DNA of 64,000 nt from Oscillospiraceae bacterium (GTDB lineage: Bacteria > Bacillota > Clostridia > Oscillospirales > Oscillospiraceae), in the NCBI GenBank assembly GCA_017429325.1, contig JAFRPC010000028.1, positions 2,376-66,375 of the forward strand, read 5' to 3'. How positions within the stretch are numbered: position 1 is the first letter of the stretch; every line of letters begins with the position of its first letter. The translations under genes and the position numbers were made by a program. The notes below the pieces were generated by a model. The model did no database searches and was not told the origin of the DNA. It saw nothing but the letters and a program-made list of their open reading frames with translations. Below are positions 1-7,819 of the stretch, one piece after another.

Positions 1-77
1 GGATCGATATGGATGCCCAGGTGCTTGTTCTTCTGCTCCATTTTGGTTCCTCCCAAATGTTCCCAAGGCGTGGGAAC

Positions 78-208
78 GTGGCGCACACTGTGCGCCGCTG
101 CGGGAAACGGCGGGCAGATTGCCCGCGCTACGGACGAGGGCCGATGTGGGCATCCGCCCCTACGGAGCTCTCCCCGGACCGGTTTTCTTTGTTTCCAGCG
201 GCGCAAAA
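78..208. repeat. Intergenic repeat element, short copy (A), upstream of the Fic module
   Basis: It starts with the palindrome GGCGCACACTGTGCGCC. It contains a 45-nt core (109-153, ggcgggcagattgcccgcgctacggacgagggccgatgtgggcat) identical to 1725-1769. Shared tail blocks are cccctacggagctctcccc and ttgttt(c/a)cagcggcgcaaaa. Confidence 0.8.
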
Positions 209-293
209 TTTTAGATCGTTTCTACAGGAGATCTTCGACCGTTTGATATAAGATCCACTGTCTTTATTTTACCTACATTATTTCAGTTTTATA

Positions 294-322
294 TTGTATT
301 TGTAGTTATCTTGTGGTATACT
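294..322 (+). promoter_or_regulatory. Sigma-70-like promoter (TTGTAT, 17 nt, TATACT) for the antitoxin-like/Fic operon
   Basis: The hexamers were read directly in an AT-rich patch. A GGAGG RBS lies at ~329-335 and the ATG at 342. Confidence 0.5.
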
Positions 323-341
323 GTTTGCAGGAGGTGAGTTT

Positions 342-878
342 ATGTCTGACGCATTGCTGAAGGAATACAGGACGCTTCAGAGCAAAAAAGCGAAGATGAC
401 TGCAGAGCTGGCTGTGCTGGCACGAGGAAGTATTTCCGTAAAAACCATCAAGGGAAACGAATACTGCTACCTTCAATGCAGGGACGGAGGGCGTGTTGTG
501 AGTCGGTATCTGAAGTCCGACGAAGTGACGCCGGTCAAGAAGGAGCTCGCCAAACGGAAACGATACGAAAAAGAGCTTGCCGGAATCAATGTCCGGTTGG
601 GCGAATTGGAATATGCCGGGCGCTTGATCGGTCACGGACTGGCGCAGCAGATGCTGCGGATCAAGCTGGCTAGCGGCATGGACAGTCTTTCTTCCGCGGA
701 AAGGGAGAAAGCCGTCTCCTTCGGCGTTGCTCTCAATGCTGTGGAAGGCGTCCCGGCAACGGAGCAGGCTGCTTCCGAGGTAGCTGCATGGTGCTCCGGT
801 GCGACCTCCTATCTGGCTGCCTTTGATACGATCCTGAAGCGCTATGGCTTCTCTACAGGAGGTGCTTCCCATGCGTGA
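342..878 (+). CDS. Fic-associated protein, probable VbhA-like antitoxin (inhibitory-helix protein)
   Basis: It has a strong RBS (gcaggaggtgag) and overlaps the Fic start by 8 nt (ATGCGTGA). The C-terminal segment ...VALNAVEGVPATEQAASEV... resembles the xxxE(G/N) inhibitory motif of class I Fic antitoxins, although the S/T position is L here. Confidence 0.5.
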   Translation: MSDALLKEYRTLQSKKAKMTAELAVLARGSISVKTIKGNEYCYLQCRDGGRVVSRYLKSDEVTPVKKELAKRKRYEKELAGINVRLGELEYAGRLIGHGLAQQMLRIKLASGMDSLSSAEREKAVSFGVALNAVEGVPATEQAASEVAAWCSGATSYLAAFDTILKRYGFSTGGASHA

Positions 879-1581
879 TCCTTATTTGTATGAGGACGTA
901 AACGTCCTCGTCAACCTGGCCGGAATCAAGGACCGGGAGCTGCTCCGGACAGCGGAGGCGGATATTACCAACATCGCTATGACTGGCGTCTACTGTCAGC
1001 GGTTTGAACGCTTTGACACGGAAACGCTCTGTGAAATCCACCGCATGATTTTCGGTCAGATCTATGCTTGGGCGGGAGAATTCCGCGCGATTCCCATGAT
1101 CAAGCGGGAAGAGATCCTCGGTGGAGACACGGTCCGCTATGCGCCTCCGGGAGAGATCAAGAAGCAGCTGAATACCGCCATGAAGGAGCTTGCCAAACTT
1201 CGGCGCAGCGGGAAGGACGATCAGGATCTGGTTTTCCGCCTGGTACGTATTCTCGCAGCAATCTGGCAGATCCACCCCTTCCGGGAAGGAAATACCAGAG
1301 CTGTGATCGCTTTTGCAGTACTGCTGGGGAATCATTTCGGCTTTGACGTGGACCACGACCTGTTTCGGGTTCATGCGCCTTATGTTCGGAACGCCCTGGT
1401 TTGGGCATCGCAGGGGATTTATTCCAAGTACGAGTACCTGGAAAGGATCTTCTTCGACGCCTTCCTCGGCGAGCAGCCGGAACCGGATGTTCCGCAGGCA
1501 GGAACGGGTTCCAAATATGAAAAGATCGGCGACTACGACGTGAAGGACTACAAGCCGCAGCCGCACGAATACAGAGAATAG
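871..1581 (+). CDS. Fic/DOC family protein (putative AMPylase toxin)
   Basis: The Fic active-site motif HPFREGNTRAVIAF is present (HxFx[DE]GNxRxxR type). An AGGAGG RBS lies 8 nt upstream of the ATG at 871. The track ORF 844..1581 has an earlier ATG without an RBS. Confidence 0.85.
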   Translation: MRDPYLYEDVNVLVNLAGIKDRELLRTAEADITNIAMTGVYCQRFERFDTETLCEIHRMIFGQIYAWAGEFRAIPMIKREEILGGDTVRYAPPGEIKKQLNTAMKELAKLRRSGKDDQDLVFRLVRILAAIWQIHPFREGNTRAVIAFAVLLGNHFGFDVDHDLFRVHAPYVRNALVWASQGIYSKYEYLERIFFDAFLGEQPEPDVPQAGTGSKYEKIGDYDVKDYKPQPHEYRE

Positions 1582-1603
1582 AGCTGCAAGACCTGGAAGC
1601 AAT

Positions 1604-1850
1604 GTGGCGCACACTGTAAGCGCGTTCAGCGCCAGCAGCCCGGTGGGCTGCTGCGGGTAGTCGCGTAGAGCTTTGCTCGAAGCGACATGCCATGCCCTTT
1701 GGCGGCATCGCCGCTACAGGGAAAGGCGGGCAGATTGCCCGCGCTACGGACGAGGGCCGATGTGGGCATACTTCGTGACTCTTCGAGTTCGGCCCCTACG
1801 GAGCTCTCCCCTGACCGATTTGCTTCCTCTTTGTTTACAGCGGCGCAAAA
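1604..1850. repeat. Intergenic repeat element, long copy (B), downstream of the Fic module, same orientation as copy A
   Basis: It has the same head (gtggcgcacactgt), the same 45-nt core (1725-1769) and the same tail blocks as 78-208. Extra sequence is inserted between the blocks. Confidence 0.8.
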
Positions 1851-2032
1851 ACAGACACAAACGGCACGGAATTGGAATCGTCTTTCCATTTCCGTGCCGT
1901 TTTGCGGTTGTAGGCTTTGGGGTTTGCCGGTTTTCGTGTGACCGGGTTGATGGTCCAGGTTCCGCGGCGGGCTGCGTTCAGCTCCCGCTGTTTCTTCTTT
2001 GAGAGCTTTTCATAGGGAATGAATTTTTCCAT
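1835..2032 (-). CDS. Small basic hypothetical protein (65 aa, MEKFIPYEKLSKKKQRELNAARRG...)
   Basis: An RBS (aaaggagccactatg on the minus strand) precedes the ATG. The protein is Lys/Arg rich. Its 3' end runs into repeat copy B, so the C-terminus is uncertain. Confidence 0.5.
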   Translation of the reverse strand: MEKFIPYEKLSKKKQRELNAARRGTWTINPVTRKPANPKAYNRKTARKWKDDSNSVPFVSVFAPL

Positions 2033-2182
2033 AGTGGCTCCTTTCTGCGTTTGCGTTGCCTGCTTGTTCGGAATTTATTATATCACAGTTGTCAAGGGGG
2101 ACGGGGGCCGCGGATTCTTCGCTTTACTCAGAATAATGGGAGGACGGCCTCGTGTGCGGGCACACAATGACCGCCCCAACAA

Positions 2183-2230
2183 GCAAAAACCACCGACGGC
2201 GGAGCCCCTTTGATACGGGGCCCCGCCGTC
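2183..2230 (-). terminator. Intrinsic terminator after the RtcB operon
   Basis: A 13-bp GC-rich stem with one mismatch spans 2195-2230. On the minus strand it is followed by TTTTTG (plus-strand aaaaa at 2185-2189). Confidence 0.7.
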
Positions 2231-2258
2231 AGCGGTACTCTTTGTTTCTGTGATGCAA

Positions 2259-2528
2259 TTACGGAGCGCTTTGGGTAAGGGATTCAGAAAAAGAATCTCG
2301 TTTTCGCACTTGCTCCATCAGAGCTTCCATCTTGGGCAACATTACGATATCGTCCAGCGCCGCCTCCATCAGCAGGACAGCGGCCTGCTTCAGCCAAACC
2401 AGCAGCTGCTCCGTGATGATCGCGCGGAAGGGGATGCGATGCGGGATCCCGTCGTAGACGAAATAGATACAGATCCGTCCGTCTCCCACGAGCCAGCGTC
2501 CGTAGGTCTGAAGGTCCTTCTGTTCCAA
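2259..2528 (-). CDS. Hypothetical 89-aa protein co-transcribed downstream of rtcB
   Basis: It lies 18 nt after the rtcB stop on the same strand and its composition matches the host. I recognise no motif. It is not archease-like in length or sequence. Confidence 0.55.
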   Translation of the reverse strand: MEQKDLQTYGRWLVGDGRICIYFVYDGIPHRIPFRAIITEQLLVWLKQAAVLLMEAALDDIVMLPKMEALMEQVRKRDSFSESLTQSAP

Positions 2529-2546
2529 CCCATATATTATTTCCGC

Positions 2547-3680
2547 TTATTTCTTCTTTTTGCTCGTAAACCGGTCGCTGGATTTGAAGTTGTAGATCGG
2601 GCGGATCTGCTTCTCGATGCGGACAGTGTCGCCGATGGCGGAGATAATGGTCTGCGGGTCCTTGTAGGCCATGGGGCACTCGTCGAGGGTGTCCTGGCTG
2701 ACGGTGGAGGTATAGATACCCTCCATGCTTTTCTTGAAGGCAGAGAGGGTGAAGCTGCTTTCCGCCTGGCTGCGGCTGAAGAGCCGGCCCGCGCCGTGGG
2801 GTGCGCTCTGGTTCCAGTCGTCGTTCCCCAGACCGACGCAGATCAGGGCGCCGTCCCGCATATTCAGCGGGATCAGCAGGCGCTCGCCTTCCCTTGCGGA
2901 GACCGAGCCCTTCCGCAAAATGCCGTGCTCCAGGTCGATGTAGTTGTGGACGGTGGTGAAGAAGTCCGCCTCGTGGAGCTTCAGACCGTCCAGGATGCAG
3001 TCCTTGATGACCTGCCGGTTGAGGGCCGCGTAGCGCTGCATGATCGCCATGTCGTGCAGATACTTTTCCCGCTCTTCGCCGCGCAGGTACGCCAGCTCGA
3101 AGGGGATCTCGCTCTGGGCTCTGCCGCCGACGCTTTCATAGGCCAGCTTCTGATAATGCTCCGCCACCTGCAGACCGAGGTTCCGGCTGCCGGTGTGGAT
3201 CACAAGATAGAGATTGCCCTCCTCGTCCCGGTCCACCTCAATGAAATGGTTCCCGCCGCCCAGGGTGCCGACGCTCTCCGCGGCCCGCCGGGTATCGATC
3301 TGCCCGAAGCATTCCAGCTCGGAAAGGTCGATCCGGCCGCTGTTGCGGTGGGGCTTCTCCCGCACGTCTCTGCCGTGGGGGATGCTTTTGCCGATGAACG
3401 AATCCAGGGCAGGCAGGTTGACGCGCTTTTCCTTCAGAAGGACCACGTCCATGCCGCAGCCGATGTCCACGCCCACCAGGTTCGGGACCACGTACTCGCC
3501 GACGGTCATGGTCGTGCCGATGGTGCAGCCCTTCCCCGTGTGGACGTCCGGCATGATGCGGATCTTGCTGCCTGCGGCAAAGGGCTGGTCGCAGAGCGCC
3601 TGGATCTGCCCGATGGCCGAAGCCTCGATCTCGTCCGAATAGACGATTGCGTTGGCGTAAACGCCGTTGATTTCTATCAT
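2547..3680 (-). CDS. rtcB: RNA-splicing ligase RtcB (3'-phosphate/5'-OH RNA ligase)
   Basis: Full-length RtcB hallmarks are present: PDVHTGKGCTIG, GGGNHFIE, HTGSRNLG, APHGAGR. Confidence 0.95.
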   Translation of the reverse strand: MIEINGVYANAIVYSDEIEASAIGQIQALCDQPFAAGSKIRIMPDVHTGKGCTIGTTMTVGEYVVPNLVGVDIGCGMDVVLLKEKRVNLPALDSFIGKSIPHGRDVREKPHRNSGRIDLSELECFGQIDTRRAAESVGTLGGGNHFIEVDRDEEGNLYLVIHTGSRNLGLQVAEHYQKLAYESVGGRAQSEIPFELAYLRGEEREKYLHDMAIMQRYAALNRQVIKDCILDGLKLHEADFFTTVHNYIDLEHGILRKGSVSAREGERLLIPLNMRDGALICVGLGNDDWNQSAPHGAGRLFSRSQAESSFTLSAFKKSMEGIYTSTVSQDTLDECPMAYKDPQTIISAIGDTVRIEKQIRPIYNFKSSDRFTSKKKK

Positions 3681-3794
3681 CAGATTATCACCATTGCTCG
3701 TTCCGCTTTACAGCTAAGCATATACTTCTGTCGTAAAGAAAAAATAGAATCCATCAGAAATAAGCAACTCAAGAAGCTTTACAAATTGATAGAC

Positions 3795-5030
3795 CTAGAA
3801 GGCCTTAAACGCAAGATAGAAAGCAACCAACAAATGTTTTTCTTCATCGCTGATACTCTCTCGGGAAGGATGCATAACTTTATTGCGTATATTATTCAGC
3901 TTTACAAACTTACTATTAAATTGACGTTTGCTTTCGAAAAGGGTCCTTATGCTTTTTAGTTTTTGATTAGACCAATTATGTGATAAGAATTTCCTATAAT
4001 GGCAAATATATGCGTTCTCCCAAGAAGGAACACCGTCTACTGTGATTTCAATTAGTACATCTTGTGGAACAATAAAATCTGAGGAGGTATCGACCAAGTG
4101 TTTTAAGTGCTTTTCGAGCGCAACCATCAGGGATTCTGGCGTAGCATAACGAAATAGTTCTTCAGATTTCTGAGTTCTAAATCGAAAAGAAAAACTTCCA
4201 AGCTTAATACTATCTCCATCAACAATAGATATTTCTCCGCTACTGGCATCAATTAGATTTTCGTTGACAGATATTTCTTTTGGACCGCGCCTATGTCCTT
4301 TCAAAGATCTTATCTTCCATGTTTCCTCCGGCAGTGCAGAATAAGAAAACTCAACATTCTTTGTGTATAGACCTTTAGGAACATCCCAAATCGCTAAAGA
4401 GATATCTGCTTTGCTGCCCACTGTAATCCTTGCGCTGTTGGAGAAAGGGATAAAACTGGGCTTTTTGAGAATCTTTTCAGATCCCACTTTTATGCACTCT
4501 AACCCAATTAGCAATTCTTCCTCCGATAAGGTTCTGGAATACCATTCTGGAACCGGGTAAGTATCTGAGCGATCGTTATGTTTTCTTTTGACAGCACCTT
4601 CTAAATCAATTAACGTCGTAAAATCATTATGATAACTGACCAATTGAGCACATGGCAATGCAGGAAGCACTAATCTAATTCCAGCTTTTTGTATTTCTGA
4701 ACCTATAGATAAAACTAGTTTGTCCCGAGAAATCAAATAAATAATAGCTTCACAATCTGAAGCAATGATTTCCTCAATAAATCTTCCAGCCCATACACCA
4801 CAAAGGATATCGGCCTGATTGGGAGATGAGCCTGCCTTAAGACAGACCACATCCATTTGTGGCTCAAGCGATAGGAAGAATTCTTTGAAAGACTTTAGAC
4901 TTCCTTCTTCTTTTGCTGCAATAACTGCTTTAGTCATTTCTCCGTTACAAAACATTTCTTTCAATCCAAAGAAATGAGCTCTTATGATGCCAGTTATTGA
5001 GTCTCCATCAATTATGAAAAACGATTTCAT
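3795..5030 (-). CDS. Multidomain protein with an N-terminal NYN/PIN-like domain, a central FHA-like beta-sandwich and a C-terminal HEPN domain (Rx4H); putative RNase
   Basis: The gene is markedly AT-rich inside GC-rich flanks. N-terminus: FFIIDGDSITG ... IIYLISRDKLV ... AGIRLVL, a NYN/LabA-like acidic pattern. Middle: ITVGSKADISL ... ISVNENLI ... IVDGDSIKLGSFSFRF, an FHA-like pattern that lacks the canonical R/S/H pThr residues. C-terminus: NNIRNKVMH, i.e. R-x4-H at 3870-3887. I chose the start at 5030 (MKSFF) because a GGAG lies upstream. Confidence 0.6.
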   Translation of the reverse strand: MKSFFIIDGDSITGIIRAHFFGLKEMFCNGEMTKAVIAAKEEGSLKSFKEFFLSLEPQMDVVCLKAGSSPNQADILCGVWAGRFIEEIIASDCEAIIYLISRDKLVLSIGSEIQKAGIRLVLPALPCAQLVSYHNDFTTLIDLEGAVKRKHNDRSDTYPVPEWYSRTLSEEELLIGLECIKVGSEKILKKPSFIPFSNSARITVGSKADISLAIWDVPKGLYTKNVEFSYSALPEETWKIRSLKGHRRGPKEISVNENLIDASSGEISIVDGDSIKLGSFSFRFRTQKSEELFRYATPESLMVALEKHLKHLVDTSSDFIVPQDVLIEITVDGVPSWENAYICHYRKFLSHNWSNQKLKSIRTLFESKRQFNSKFVKLNNIRNKVMHPSRESISDEEKHLLVAFYLAFKAF

Positions 5031-5133
5031 ATTATCACTCCAGATCACTTATTTGCCTTGGGGAATAGAATTGCGTATCGGCGCGAAATCCGATTTCAGG
5101 TGATAAGCAGCCCATGGCATCACTTTCCCGCAA

Positions 5134-5880
<747 letters not shown>

Positions 5881-6040
5881 ACGACTCTGCTTGCCTCCTA
5901 TAGTTTCTTTTTCAACACCAGTCTTTGATTGTTCATCATACGGAAGGACAACAACATGTTTCGCAATCATTCTCTACTACCCCACGAATACCGGTTTATC
6001 GACCTCATTATACCACAGCCAAGCGTGTTAAGCAATGAGA

Positions 6041-6079
6041 AAACCTCTTTTGCCTTGGCTGAACTGACAAAAGAGGTTT
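6041..6079 (-). terminator. Hairpin terminator downstream of the membrane-protein (pseudo)gene
   Basis: A 12-bp perfect stem (aaacctcttttg / caaaagaggttt) has U-rich sequence on both sides. Confidence 0.55.
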
Positions 6080-6140
6080 CTTTGATAGGAAAGAGCGCAC
6101 AAAAGGTACGCATTGCACAGCTCGATAAACCGGTGTCGGA

Positions 6141-6997
6141 TCAATCAAAGACGATTTTGAATAATTCCTCGTCGTCAAGCATTTTGTGTTCCGACCGAAA
6201 GCCGAGCTTTTCGTAGACATGTCTCCCTCTGGCGTTTTCGGGGTCAGTGTAGTCCTCCACGCCTTCCTCGTAGCGGATGGAAACGTCGCCGTATGCAGTG
6301 TCCGCCAGAGAGACCGTGTAAGAATCGTCAAACGGATGCTCCTCGTTATTGCCCATGATATCGGTGCTGTAGACCGGAGGATTCAGCAGGCACAGGGCCG
6401 TTAAAACAACAACGCAAACGGCGCCGATCACTGCGCCAGCGATTCGGATCTTCTTGTTTTCAAAGATGAAAACGGGATAGAGGATCATTCCCGCCGCGCA
6501 GAACAGGACGATCAGGACGTACCGCGGCATGGAAAACTGAAATTTGGAAAAATAGCCGAGGTAAGACTCGCCTGTCAGGGCAATCATCGGAAGCAGGATC
6601 AGATAGCCCCACCATTTATCCATCTTCATATAATAGCCGATGAAGCCCATTGGGAAGCAGAGCAGGGTCCAGATGAACCAGAACTTGTAATATCCGAACA
6701 ACCCCCACCCAAGCTCACTGAAGGCACCTGGATCAGATAAACCAGCGGCTGGCTGATCAGGAAGAACACGAAGCATTTGAGCGCGGCGTCCAGATTGCTC
6801 TTGCTGTTCATGATGATGAGGATCCCAAACAGGATCCAAACCTCGAAGGATACGGCGATCGTATGGAATGAGGTGTAGTGCAGCGCTGGGATGAGCGCCA
6901 TGACCGCGGTAAACACACCGGCAATGACAGCTGCGATGATCAGCCTCGGCCAGGTCAAATCGATCCCGCCGAATCGTTTTTTGATCGTCTTTATCAT
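6141..6997 (-). pseudogene. Frameshifted polytopic membrane protein with a GNAT-like C-terminal tail
   Basis: Two overlapping minus-strand ORFs (6626..6997 and 6141..7007) join into one TM-rich protein if 1 nt is restored near 6732-6738 (...QPLVYLIQVP / FSELGWGLFGYYKFW...). The last ~40 aa (YTDPENARGRHVYEKLGFRSE) look like the end of a GNAT domain. Confidence 0.6.
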
Positions 6998-7157
6998 ATT
7001 GTATCATTCCTCCCTGATTGAACGCTCATTGTATTTTATTCTGTTTTTGCTCAGCAGTCAATCAGTTTTCGACTGATTGCGGGGCAGTTTTTGAGACAGG
7101 CGGCGGATCGTGCATTGCCGTGATCGTCTGCAATACCCTTTTCCCTTTGGATAAGTC

Positions 7158-7186
7158 TTGCAAAGCGCTGAATTCAGCGATATAAT
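7158..7186 (+). promoter_or_regulatory. Sigma-70-like promoter (TTGCAA, 17 nt, TATAAT)
   Basis: The near-consensus hexamers were read directly. They lie upstream of the GNAT/amidohydrolase genes. Confidence 0.6.
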
Positions 7187-7301
7187 ACCAGCATGAGATC
7201 AAGGGTTTTTACCCTTTTGTGGAATCAAGCCGAGACGCCGAGCGTTTCGGGAAAGAAGGAGCGTGTTTTTATGACCATCGAGGAAATGAAGGAATTGCAC
7301 T

Positions 7302-7763
7302 ATGAAGGGAAGCCCTGCGAGGAGGAAGACGTCGAATACATTGGAAGGGAGCTTCCGCTTTGAGATCCGAAGCGGAAGCGAAGAGGACGCCGAATTTCTG
7401 GATCAGAAACTCAGAGAATACGACGACGCCTATATTACGAAACGACCATTTCTGGAGCTGAGCCGCAAGCTCACGGACGCCGAGGGCAAGCTGATCGCCG
7501 GGGTCCATGCCGAGATCGACGATATGGCAACAGTCCAGATCGTCGGCCTGTGGGTGGAGGAGTCCTGCCGCGGGCAGGGTCTTGGCGCGTATTTGCTCCG
7601 CAGTGTTGAGCAGGCGGCAAAAGAAGAAGGCGCTTTTCTTTCGACCATGAACGTGTATGACTGGAATGCGGACTATTTCCTTGCCCGCGGTTATGAAGCC
7701 TGCGTCACCGTGGAGAACTTCCCGAAGGGCCACCGCTGGCACGTCCTCCGCAAGCCGCTTTGA
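7302..7763 (+). CDS. GNAT family N-acetyltransferase
   Basis: The acetyl-CoA motif region is LWVEESCRGQGLGAYLLRSVEQAAKEEG. The start is uncertain: ATG 7302 or TTG 7341. A 30-codon ORF with a strong RBS (7271-7363) overlaps the 5' end. Confidence 0.75.
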   Translation: MKGSPARRKTSNTLEGSFRFEIRSGSEEDAEFLDQKLREYDDAYITKRPFLELSRKLTDAEGKLIAGVHAEIDDMATVQIVGLWVEESCRGQGLGAYLLRSVEQAAKEEGAFLSTMNVYDWNADYFLARGYEACVTVENFPKGHRWHVLRKPL

Positions 7764-7819
7764 TTGGAAAAACAGCTCAGAAAGGCATATGCACATCTTC
7801 GAAAAATGGAGAGATGAAA

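Noticed and set aside
9-251. Small ORFs 9..251, 13..246, 1673..2002, 1687..1941 and 10293..10553 that encode ...ADCPRYGRGPMWASAPTE...-like peptides
   Set aside because: They are translations of the intergenic repeat elements. The same DNA is repeated in non-coding contexts and in both orientations, and the ORFs lack an RBS.
2250-3959. 569-aa plus-strand ORF covering the rtcB region
   Set aside because: It is antisense to an unmistakable RtcB gene. It has low-complexity, Arg/Ala/Gly/Leu-rich composition typical of shadow ORFs in GC-rich DNA, with no RBS and no motif.
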